Shown here piece by piece: positions 1 to 7,435 of a stretch of DNA of 60,622 nucleotides. The notes below the pieces were generated by a model. It was not told the origin of the DNA. It saw only the letters and a program-made list of their open reading frames with translations, and searched no databases. The position numbers were made by a program, and so were the translations under genes. Source of the DNA: a virus (lineage: Duplodnaviria > Caudoviricetes); IMG/VR virus record IMGVR_UViG_3300042301_003480, positions 1-60,622 of that record, one strand, 5' to 3'. The first letter of the stretch is position 1; each line of letters opens with the position of its first letter.

Positions 1-1
1 C

Positions 2-97
2 GATGTCCCACAGGGTGGTCAACGCCTTGTGGCCCAGCCGTGCGGCGTCGAACTCGCCCTGTTCGTCGGGCAGGTTGAAAGAGAGGGTGGCTTTCAT
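2..97 (-). CDS. Partial hypothetical protein (MKATLSFNLPDEQGEFDAARLGHKALTTLWDI), allele of 59529-59738
   Basis: Bases 1-80 align with about 59636-59715, giving a near-identical translation; the ORF runs off the window edge. Confidence 0.75.
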   Translation of the reverse strand, partial: MKATLSFNLPDEQGEFDAARLGHKALTTLWDI

Positions 98-200
98 TTG
101 GGGTGTGTATCAGGAGTGATACGTTTCGCTGCACACAACATGCGGCTTTCTGCAATCTTCCGTAGGCTCTTTATCTAACGCCGCACGTTATCACGTTCCG

Positions 201-218
201 CAGAAACACTGGTTCTCA
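201..218 (+). repeat. 18-bp CAGAAACACTGGTTCTCA, copy 1 of 3 (attI-like junction)
   Basis: Identical copies at 762-779 and 60125-60142; ends in the same GTTCTCA core as the attC-like sites. Confidence 0.85.
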
Positions 219-473
219 TCTTGACTTCCACCGCATGACTTTTGCTTCGCGCTCCCGACGCATCGCGTCTAGTACATTTGCCATCGCAAGCAGGTCAGAC
301 ATCTCTGACGCATCGGTTAGTTCTTGTTGTCCGCGCGCTCGCTCGGCGGCGTGAAGCCGGAGGCTTACTGCACCGTGCATCAACGCCCGTATTTCCGCGT
401 CGATCACCATTGTGATCGCCTGCCCGTGAGAACCACGCGATGCAGCGGACACCTCATCAGCCTCGTTTGTCAT
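216..473 (-). CDS. Hypothetical cassette protein, 85 aa
   Basis: AGGAG RBS and ATG inside attC 427-515; TGA inside GTTCTCA at 212-218. Confidence 0.7.
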   Translation of the reverse strand: MTNEADEVSAASRGSHGQAITMVIDAEIRALMHGAVSLRLHAAERARGQQELTDASEMSDLLAMANVLDAMRREREAKVMRWKSR

Positions 474-515
474 GGTCGCTCCTGTGTTCGATGCCGCTGA
501 TCGCTGGCGTTCTCA
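427..515 (+). other. attC-like integron recombination site (89 bp)
   Basis: TGAGAAC-CACGC-GAT[G]CAGCGG[A]CA ... TGCCGCTGATC-GCTGGC-GTTCTCA: R'', 5-bp spacer, L'', L', 6-bp spacer, R', with two unpaired bases at the usual positions. Confidence 0.8.
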
Positions 516-634
516 CTTTGTCCGTTCCAAGAGACGCTCCAGCACCTCGTCGGCAGCACTATGGAGCCGACTCATCTTGTAATCCTCAAACACAGAGCGA
601 GCAAGTCCGATGGCCGTCCGCTCCTCGTCGGTGA
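508..634 (+). repeat. 127-bp exact repeat of the window end (60496-60622); circularisation or assembly overlap
   Basis: Base-for-base identity; the length equals a common maximum assembler k-mer. Confidence 0.95.
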
Positions 635-737
635 GCCGCAGCCTGGCAACCTCTGCCTCTAGTTGCTGCACTCGCTCCATTGCCTGGATGAGCGCATCCA
701 GATCGTCGGGCATCATCGGCGGTATCAAATCACTCAT
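513..737 (-). CDS. Hypothetical protein, LTDxERxAI...LLERTK family
   Basis: GGAG RBS upstream; C-terminal module shared with 1280, 60140 and 1005 ORFs; stop in the R' box. Confidence 0.75.
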   Translation of the reverse strand: MSDLIPPMMPDDLDALIQAMERVQQLEAEVARLRLTDEERTAIGLARSVFEDYKMSRLHSAADEVLERLLERTK

Positions 738-761
738 GTCATGTCTCCCTTTCTACGCCCA

Positions 762-779
762 CAGAAACACTGGTTCTCA
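762..779 (+). repeat. 18-bp CAGAAACACTGGTTCTCA, copy 2 of 3
   Basis: Identical to 201-218 and 60125-60142. Confidence 0.85.
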
Positions 780-959
780 GTTCTTCCGTTTGGCTCTCCG
801 CGCGAACACCGGCACAACCGTTGCCCCGATGACGCGACGCCAACCAGCAACCAACACGCGGTTCTTTGACCGCCGCAAAACCTCACCAGAGCAGTTCTCT
901 ACCAACTCCCAAGACACCGGCATCTCGCTCTTTGCGCTTCCGCACTTTGGACACGGCAT
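777..959 (-). CDS. Hypothetical cassette protein, 60 aa (CPKC N-terminus)
   Basis: AAGGAG RBS; TGA in GTTCTCA 773-779; bounded by the mini-attC at 979-1007. Confidence 0.55.
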   Translation of the reverse strand: MPCPKCGSAKSEMPVSWELVENCSGEVLRRSKNRVLVAGWRRVIGATVVPVFARRAKRKN

Positions 960-978
960 CTCGCTACTCCTTTGCCCT

Positions 979-1007
979 TGAGAACCAAGCGATCCTGTTC
1001 GTTCTCA
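979..1007 (+). other. Collapsed (internally deleted) attC-like site, 29 bp
   Basis: TGAGAAC-CAAGC-GATC-CTGTTC-GTTCTCA keeps R'', both spacers and R' but lacks the L stem. Confidence 0.65.
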
Positions 1008-1283
1008 GAATAGTCTCTTCGCCAACCCGCGCAACGCATCGGCGTGTGCAGCGACCTCTGGGGTGTCTTCCTCGTCCCACTCGTCGGCCTCTCTCGCCGC
1101 CCATGCAACTGCGAGTTGCTCCGCTTCGGTGAGCGTGGGCGAGCGGCACAGCGGGACGACGCCGTGATTGCCCGTCACAACCGCGTCAATCGCCTTGGCT
1201 TCCTCTTCGACGGCGTAGACATCGTAGATGCGGTCGCCGTCCGCGAGCAGGACCGCCCACGCTATCGGCTCGTTGTGGCTCAC
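1005..1283 (-). CDS. Hypothetical protein (EPIAWAV N-terminus; TLTEAEQLAV module)
   Basis: GTGA overlap with the upstream gene; stop in GTTCTCA 1001-1007. Confidence 0.7.
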   Translation of the reverse strand: MSHNEPIAWAVLLADGDRIYDVYAVEEEAKAIDAVVTGNHGVVPLCRSPTLTEAEQLAVAWAAREADEWDEEDTPEVAAHADALRGLAKRLF

Positions 1284-1525
1284 TTCGTCCGCTCCAGTAG
1301 CGTCCGCAGCGTGGCGGGGTCACCGCATGTCTTGGCGTCAACCAGCTCGGCGGCTCTCTCAATCGCCTCCCGCTCCGCGTCGGTGAGCCTCGCTCGTTTC
1401 AGTGCGTCTGCCAATCTGTGAATCATGCAGTCGCGGTGCCACATATGGCAGCCGGCACTATGCGTTTTGATCGCCCTCGGCTGGGCGTCACTCCACTCAC
1501 GGTAGTCGGCAAGGATGTCAGGCAT
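1280..1525 (-). CDS. Hypothetical protein, LTDAEREAI...LLERTK family
   Basis: Shared C-terminal module; start chosen at MPDILAD. Confidence 0.7.
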   Translation of the reverse strand: MPDILADYREWSDAQPRAIKTHSAGCHMWHRDCMIHRLADALKRARLTDAEREAIERAAELVDAKTCGDPATLRTLLERTK

Positions 1526-1620
1526 TTTCCGCTGTCCTGTCAGGCGATCCCGGCGGGTTCGGCTTGCCGGATTATCGGGCCGGTGCCTGCCCGCCGGGAT
1601 CGCTGTTGCCACTCGTCGGT

Positions 1621-1679
1621 CGCCCCAATCGTATCGTATATGATACGAAAAGTGGTGACTTTTTCTTACGACTGGGGCG
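1621..1679. repeat. Nested inverted-repeat element
   Basis: CGCCCCAATCGTA ... TACGACTGGGGCG outer arms (1 mismatch) enclosing two smaller palindromes. Confidence 0.6.
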
Positions 1680-1699
1680 TTACTTTCCGTCCTCTAGCG

Positions 1700-2392
1700 T
1701 CATTGGGTCGCCGCGTACCTGACCAGCCGATCCCGGAAGTCCTTCACGCCGTCGCGGGTGTAGTTGGTCGGCAGTAGCGGGTTCACGGTGTTGTTTTGGT
1801 CTGCGATCTCTATGGGTGTGTATGAGAGCCTGACGAAGCACCGGCGGCTGCCGGCAGTTTCTGGCGGGCGTCTATGGATGACATACGGGTCAAGGACATA
1901 GCAAACGCTGGAGATGGTTCGCACAATCAACGCCGGGTCGATCCGCTCCTGAATCAGTAAGTGCAGGTTGTGGAATAGCGGATCGAAGTCTTCGGGGATG
2001 TCTACGCTTCCTTTGTAATACTCGGTTCCGCAAAAGTCTGACCAGATGTAGTTTTGCTCTGGGAGGTGGTGGTACTGCAACGAGAACCCGTCAACGTGCC
2101 ACTCGTCATCGCCCTGGCTGGCGACCATGCCATTGCGGACGGTGAGGTACAGAAACGGATGTCGGGCAATGTTCGCCTGCCGGGCCTCGGCCATGCCGAT
2201 CATCGGCAGCACCCATTGGAGCGAATGGGGCAACCGCAGCCCGTCGAATGGGCGGCGAATGAGCATCCGCAGGATGTGCTGCTCTTGCCTGGGGTAGTCC
2301 AGAAACAAATGGCCAAGAGATTCAGGGGCGTTGGCACCTTGAGCAAACGCCCGCAGGTCGATAGCACGCGCGGCTCGGCACTGGATACTCAT
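1700..2392 (-). CDS. Putative 2OG-Fe(II) dioxygenase-like protein
   Basis: WHVDG (HxD), GTEY, distal H in VIHRRP and RCFVRL fit the double-stranded beta-helix oxygenase motifs. Confidence 0.65.
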   Translation of the reverse strand: MSIQCRAARAIDLRAFAQGANAPESLGHLFLDYPRQEQHILRMLIRRPFDGLRLPHSLQWVLPMIGMAEARQANIARHPFLYLTVRNGMVASQGDDEWHVDGFSLQYHHLPEQNYIWSDFCGTEYYKGSVDIPEDFDPLFHNLHLLIQERIDPALIVRTISSVCYVLDPYVIHRRPPETAGSRRCFVRLSYTPIEIADQNNTVNPLLPTNYTRDGVKDFRDRLVRYAATQ

Positions 2393-2446
2393 GCCCGCCA
2401 TCGTACCGACCTTGGCAAACGAGTCTACGCCTGTTTCGGCCGCCTC
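2390..2446 (-). promoter_or_regulatory. Sigma70-type promoter module copy 1 (TAGACT-N16-TACGAT-N7-ATG)
   Basis: Imperfect direct repeat of 2533-2589 with the boxes conserved and the spacer diverged. Confidence 0.6.
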
Positions 2447-2535
2447 TAGCGTCTGCTGGCGATCCAGACTACGAGCGCCTGCCCGGCGAACAGCACCGCC
2501 AGCATCGCGACGCCGGGCCAAGTGATTTCGTCCAT
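2446..2535 (-). CDS. 29-aa hydrophobic peptide MDEITWPGVAMLAVLFAGQALVVWIASRR
   Basis: Translated by hand; directly follows the duplicated promoter; one TM-like segment and a basic tail. Confidence 0.55.
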   Translation of the reverse strand: MDEITWPGVAMLAVLFAGQALVVWIASRR

Positions 2536-2589
2536 GCCCGCCATCCTATCGCCGCCGTCCAGCGAGTCTACGCCTGTTTTCGCCCCTCC
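2533..2589 (-). promoter_or_regulatory. Sigma70-type promoter module copy 2 (TAGACT-N16-TAGGAT-N7-ATG)
   Basis: Shares CATGCCCGCCATC and CGAGTCTACGCCTGTTT with copy 1. Confidence 0.6.
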
Positions 2590-2689
2590 GTCGCCTCCCT
2601 CGCGTGGCACGCGAGATCATCAGCGACGGCAGGGCCATCTGTCCCTACGCATGGCAGGGCAGTCTGTCGTCACATTAGTGCGTCTAGCG

Positions 2690-3007
2690 TCAGAGCGGCG
2701 ACGGATCGGCTGGCAGCAGCGCCACCGCGTCGGCCCATGGCATGACCGTCACCGCCTGCCCTAACACTGCCTTGTCCGCGGCCTCCCACATCGCATGGAG
2801 CAAGCCGCCCGGCCCGACTTCAGTCAGAACGTCCGCGCAGAGCATCAGCCGCCCATCGGTCAGCACGCGAGGCAAGGGGACGCAGTTGGTGGAGCCGTGC
2901 AGGCCGTGCAGTTCCGCGAGCCTGCCAGCCAGTTGCGGCGTAAAGACGAGAGCCAGCGACTTGGCGGCTTCGTAGGAGATCGGCAGCGTGAGGTCTGCGA
3001 GCGTCAT
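2690..3007 (-). CDS. Hypothetical protein, 105 aa
   Basis: ATGA overlap with the upstream gene. Confidence 0.7.
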   Translation of the reverse strand: MTLADLTLPISYEAAKSLALVFTPQLAGRLAELHGLHGSTNCVPLPRVLTDGRLMLCADVLTEVGPGGLLHAMWEAADKAVLGQAVTVMPWADAVALLPADPSPL

Positions 3008-3870
3008 ACGTTTCGGCCCAGGGAGGTCTGCAATGCCTGCATGGCGGCGTAATAGGCCGACACCTGCGTGTCCGTCATGCTCGCGCCGATGCTGTACGAC
3101 AGGATCCTGTGGTTAGAAAACAATTGCGGCGTTCCCGCTGAATTGCTGGCATGGACAAACCAGCTATTTGCGTGTGTTGCCGGCGTTGTGTTGGCTGTTC
3201 CTGTCACTTTGCTTGTGGCATTGTTGTACGTCGTAATCGCAGTGCTGCTCGTCCGAGTGATCGTCCACAGTCCGCCTGGGAGGGTCGTTACACCGGCCGC
3301 GAAGGTGTCGTCGGTGTTTGCAGTTCCGCCCCATACGGCGCGTACCTGGACGAGGCTTGCGCCCGACAAGCGATGAGTGACCTGAAACTGGTGCGATGCG
3401 CTCGCTGTACCTAACAACGCGCGGCTACTGCCAGCGGCTAACGACGGGATGTATGCCGACAGGTGACCTGTTGCAATCCCAGGAATCGCGGCTGGCGTCA
3501 GTCCAGTAGAGAGGTACTTACTGGTGCCGTCGCCCAAGAGTCCGCCGCTCGCGCCCGTCTCGGAAAAGTCGCCGCTCACAAACGGCCCGTTGTTCGTGTC
3601 GGTGGTTCCGCCGTACTGCGTCCCGCCGAGTGACTGCCCGCGATAGAGCGGCACCAGACACGCCTCAAGGCCCGTGCCGCAGAAGAGATTCAGCCGGTAG
3701 AAGCGGTCGCGGATGCCCGCCAGGTCGATGGCGGCGCAAAAGGCGCTGACGGCTCGCATGGTCGAAGCCGACACGCTGCCTCCGTTGGCGACAACTGCCG
3801 TCCTCCAGGCGTTGGCTTCCGGGTGGACGCCAGAGGCGAGCGGACGCAAGAGGCGGGGATTCATCGGCAT
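3004..3870 (-). CDS. Putative virion or fibre protein with a ConA/LamG-like beta-rich domain
   Basis: G/T/S-rich; GDGTSKYLSTG and C-terminal MTDTQVSAYY pattern; start at MPMNPRLLRP. Confidence 0.55.
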   Translation of the reverse strand: MPMNPRLLRPLASGVHPEANAWRTAVVANGGSVSASTMRAVSAFCAAIDLAGIRDRFYRLNLFCGTGLEACLVPLYRGQSLGGTQYGGTTDTNNGPFVSGDFSETGASGGLLGDGTSKYLSTGLTPAAIPGIATGHLSAYIPSLAAGSSRALLGTASASHQFQVTHRLSGASLVQVRAVWGGTANTDDTFAAGVTTLPGGLWTITRTSSTAITTYNNATSKVTGTANTTPATHANSWFVHASNSAGTPQLFSNHRILSYSIGASMTDTQVSAYYAAMQALQTSLGRNV

Positions 3871-3908
3871 CGGCGCGTCTCTAGAGTGGTGATGTAAGGT
3901 CGGAGGGG

Positions 3909-4238
3909 TCAGCCCTTGGCCATAACCGTCATGGCACAGGTCGTCCCGCCCACAACGACGGGCACCACGTAGTTCACGGCAAAACAGGCGTCCGGGACCG
4001 GGAGAATCCCCACGGTCACCGCCGAGGTCACCGCCGCACCGTCTGCAAAGATCGCCCGCGGCGTCACGGACGGGTCTACAGTCCCGTGCCAGTTGATCTG
4101 CGTGCAGGAATTGGTGGCGGCGATCATGACGCACGCCCCGCCAAAACGGCCGAAGGGAATCATCCCTGCCGTTGTGGCTGCCGAGGAGTTGGCCGTAATC
4201 ACCGAGCCGGGAGAAAAGTGCCGTGCAATCTCGTTCAT
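3909..4238 (-). CDS. Small putative structural protein, 109 aa
   Basis: ATGA-coupled, beta-rich, A/V/T/G composition. Confidence 0.65.
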   Translation of the reverse strand: MNEIARHFSPGSVITANSSAATTAGMIPFGRFGGACVMIAATNSCTQINWHGTVDPSVTPRAIFADGAAVTSAVTVGILPVPDACFAVNYVVPVVVGGTTCAMTVMAKG

Positions 4239-4765
4239 AGCCGTCCCTTTACCTTGTAGGCGTGTTTTTCAATGATCTTCTCACGCAGCTCCCCGGTCTT
4301 GGCGGTCGGGTTCTTGCGCTTCTCCTTGCGAAGTTCGTCTTTGATGATGGATTCGGCCAGAACCACGCGCTTCGGCGGGGCCTCGCCGGGGTCGTAGTTC
4401 ACGCTGCCGGTTACGTGCAGGCGCCTCTTGCGGGCCACACTCAGAACGTCGTCGTTGCCCGTGACCCACGCGGCCGGGTCTTTCCAGCCCCGCTTGTCGG
4501 CTATCCCGGCGCAGTAGTATTTGCCCGAGATATTGATCCCCGCCTGGCGGGCTTCCCGCGCGACGTACTGAGCCTGACGCTTCGGCATTTCGTCCAACTG
4601 CTCGTTGTTCTGCCGCCCCTCCAGGAAGGCCCTGTCAGTGCCCTTGGTCCCAGGCGGCTGCTGAAGGGCAACCATGGCCGCCCAGCGCTCCCCGTACGGG
4701 AGCGCCTTTTCGTACGCGCTCTTGGCCCAGATGCCGGCGGCTTCGATCTCAGGCGGGTATGTCAT
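4235..4765 (-). CDS. Hypothetical protein downstream of portal, 176 aa
   Basis: Long ORF in the operon, preceded by a GGCCAATAGT motif. Confidence 0.8.
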   Translation of the reverse strand: MTYPPEIEAAGIWAKSAYEKALPYGERWAAMVALQQPPGTKGTDRAFLEGRQNNEQLDEMPKRQAQYVAREARQAGINISGKYYCAGIADKRGWKDPAAWVTGNDDVLSVARKRRLHVTGSVNYDPGEAPPKRVVLAESIIKDELRKEKRKNPTAKTGELREKIIEKHAYKVKGRL

Positions 4766-4771
4766 ATAGGA

Positions 4772-6751
4772 CTATTGGCCTTGGGGAGGGGCTTCGGGAG
4801 GAGGGCCAGGAGGAGGTGGCGGAGGTGGAGGGACCATGTATCGGCTGATATCCACGTTCATCGCCTTGCCCCAGTCCTCCAGCATGGCGTTGAAGATTTG
4901 CGGCTGTCCCGCCTGGAGCATGCCCTGCGCCACCGGCATCATGATCTGCATGGCGTTGTTCATGTTCTCCACCTTGGTGGCGATATTCGGCTTGCGTGCC
5001 GAGCCCGCCTCCACCCGGTAGGAATACTCCCGGACAATCGACTCCGGGTCTTCGCCCTGGACATGCATCTGCCAGGCTTGTGCAGCCATCGGTCCAAGAA
5101 CGGGCGCAACGTCTTGGGGGTAAATCAACCATCGGGCCAAGAGCGCTTCCTTCCTGGCCACCTCAGACAGGGCGTCCTCCAGGATGTTGGCGTAGTCGTC
5201 GGGCCTCACGGAAATCTGCTCAGACTTCACGGCGGCTTCTGCTGCCGACCTGAAGGAGGCCCTGGTCATACCGTAAATTAACTCTGTCAGACCGACGCGG
5301 CGGTCGAACAGGTCCGTCACGGCCTGGATGATGTTGTACATGTCCTGGGTGACACCAGGCATCTGGAAGACCGAGATCACATCATTGACTGACCGACCGA
5401 CAGACTCGCTGATTTCAACGATGTTGAAACCGCCCTCGTTCTTCTCCAGGATCTTGGCCTTGAGGTCCGGGTCGGCATGCTTGGCAACACCAATCAGCGT
5501 CTGGCTGGAGGTCGCAATCCGGGTCGCCAAGAACGACATCGCCCAGTTGATGAATCGCAACTCTCCAATTCCCGGACGAATCAGGGAGATCGGCCAGGAA
5601 TACCCGGGCTTGCCATGCCACGCCAAGGGGGTGAACGGCCAGCCGCTTGGCTCTGCCCAGAAGGGGATGGGCCACTGGGCCGCCATGAACAGCGCTTGCG
5701 GAATCCCCGTCTCGTCCACTTCCTCTTGCAACATAGCCGGAGGGATGTTCAGTGGAAAATCAACACCCTCCGCCACAACTATGTAGCAATTCGGACCAAG
5801 GGCATCGAACTTTCCTCGCAAGTCTTGGTCGGCGTCCTTGAGCCTGTCTCCGAATCCCGTCTTGGAGTAAATCTCCCAGTAGACGATCAGGTCGTTCGTC
5901 TTGCCGGTCTTCTTCTCATGCTGATAGCCACGCTCGGTGGAGTCAGCCTGGCGAGAATAGGATTCGACCGAACCCTTCAGGTCTTCCCGGGACAAGCCGA
6001 ACTTGGCGGCCACTTCATCGATGGGCTGGATTCTCCGCCTGGCCGCCCAGCGGATGTCCTCAAACTCATCCGCATCCGGATCCCAGACCAGATTGTCGAT
6101 GGTGTCGTAGAACGACCCGGCCATCCGCGTCTGCCCGCCGGGAGGGGTGTACAGCTCATGCCACCACACTCCCGCGCCTTTGATGAACGCTTCCTCCACC
6201 ACTTTGCGAGAGTGGTGCTTGAGGTTCAGTTCATTGGGGGTGTAGTTGAGATAATCTTCCAGGAGCTTGGCAATGACCTTCCGCCGCTCCAGCATCATCT
6301 GCTGCTGCTGGAACATCTGCTGGTACTGCATCATCCCCGGGTCGGGCATCATCACCGGCTGGCCATCCGGACCCATGACAGGCTGGCCGTCAGGCCCCAT
6401 CTGCGGGACCGGAGGCTGGGGAAAGATACCCAAGAGCTGCGGCCCGATGACCGGGTAGTCCTTGGGGGTCACCGTCCTGGTCGGATTGCGGTGATGGATG
6501 ACTGCCGTAAACAAACGGACGGCCTCCCAAACGCGGTTGACCATCATCCGGAACGGCGGCGGATCGATGCCCTTGTTGTACCCACGCTCTCCGCGGGAGT
6601 AGGAGTCCTTCCACATGAAATCGGGGTCGCCGGCAAAGAACCCCATGGCTTCGTCTGCATCGGCCTGAAACGCAGATTTATACTTCTGCGCCTGCTTCAA
6701 ACAGCTCAGCCAGCGCGCCACCAGTGGCTTTATCGGATTTTCCTGGCTCAT
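4772..6751 (-). CDS. Portal protein (P22-like podoviral type)
   Basis: 659 aa near TerL; AFIKGAGVWW, RSAAEA and YRVEAGS segments resemble podoviral portals; Pro/Gln-rich tail and MGPDGQPV x2 insert. Confidence 0.8.
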   Translation of the reverse strand: MSQENPIKPLVARWLSCLKQAQKYKSAFQADADEAMGFFAGDPDFMWKDSYSRGERGYNKGIDPPPFRMMVNRVWEAVRLFTAVIHHRNPTRTVTPKDYPVIGPQLLGIFPQPPVPQMGPDGQPVMGPDGQPVMMPDPGMMQYQQMFQQQQMMLERRKVIAKLLEDYLNYTPNELNLKHHSRKVVEEAFIKGAGVWWHELYTPPGGQTRMAGSFYDTIDNLVWDPDADEFEDIRWAARRRIQPIDEVAAKFGLSREDLKGSVESYSRQADSTERGYQHEKKTGKTNDLIVYWEIYSKTGFGDRLKDADQDLRGKFDALGPNCYIVVAEGVDFPLNIPPAMLQEEVDETGIPQALFMAAQWPIPFWAEPSGWPFTPLAWHGKPGYSWPISLIRPGIGELRFINWAMSFLATRIATSSQTLIGVAKHADPDLKAKILEKNEGGFNIVEISESVGRSVNDVISVFQMPGVTQDMYNIIQAVTDLFDRRVGLTELIYGMTRASFRSAAEAAVKSEQISVRPDDYANILEDALSEVARKEALLARWLIYPQDVAPVLGPMAAQAWQMHVQGEDPESIVREYSYRVEAGSARKPNIATKVENMNNAMQIMMPVAQGMLQAGQPQIFNAMLEDWGKAMNVDISRYMVPPPPPPPPGPPPEAPPQGQ

Positions 6752-7407
6752 CCCGCAGCCTGCCTCTCGTCGCCCACCAGTCCCTCAAGCTCCCTGACCC
6801 GCTCTCGTAGCGAACGCAACTCGCGCATCACATCAACGTGCAGTAGCTTGTGGTCCGACCCAGAAACCACCGCCAGATTCTCTGGCCGATTGTCGTCCTT
6901 AACGCCGTTGATGTGATGCACATGCTCGTCATCGCCAAGCATTCGGCCAAGCTTTTCCGCCATTACCAGGCGATGCTCCAGAACGTAGCCGTTTTTCCCA
7001 GACATAGGATGGTTGCGGCGAAGCAGATAGATGTACCCGCCCGCAGTAGATGTCCTTCCGCCCTTCCAGATCGGATTGTTCTCGCCCGCCAGACGCCAGC
7101 CTGGCGGGCGAGAAATTCCGAGCTTGCTGAGGCGGCGACTCACTGGCGAACGAGTCACCCCGTACATATCCGCGATCTCGTAGCTGCTCTTTCCGAGCCC
7201 TATGTACAGATGCCGAAGCTGCTGTTCGTCCAAGGCGTCCATGGCCCGGCGTCTGTCCCGAACGGCATAGCCACCCTGCCGCAGATGCCGCGACAGGGTG
7301 TTTACGCTCTTCGGCATGCCGTCCATGCGGACGATCTTATTCAGCGACAGGCCCTCGTCGTTGTGGAGTCGGTTGGCCTCGGCAACGTCAAAGGACACTT
7401 CTGGCAT
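6748..7407 (-). CDS. HNH homing endonuclease with N-terminal HTH motifs
   Basis: YVLEHRLVM...HVHHINGVKDDNRPENL; NPIWKGG. Confidence 0.9.
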   Translation of the reverse strand: MPEVSFDVAEANRLHNDEGLSLNKIVRMDGMPKSVNTLSRHLRQGGYAVRDRRRAMDALDEQQLRHLYIGLGKSSYEIADMYGVTRSPVSRRLSKLGISRPPGWRLAGENNPIWKGGRTSTAGGYIYLLRRNHPMSGKNGYVLEHRLVMAEKLGRMLGDDEHVHHINGVKDDNRPENLAVVSGSDHKLLHVDVMRELRSLRERVRELEGLVGDERQAAG

Positions 7408-7435
7408 TCTGGTTCTCCTACCGACTAGTGTCCGG

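Noticed and set aside
167-1525. CRISPR array or DGR template/variable repeats
   Set aside because: Repeats are irregularly spaced by whole genes; no cas or reverse transcriptase gene; no adenine-specific mismatch pattern.
6350-6402. MGPDGQPV tandem repeat as an intein or mobile insert
   Set aside because: Short low-complexity loop without splicing motifs.
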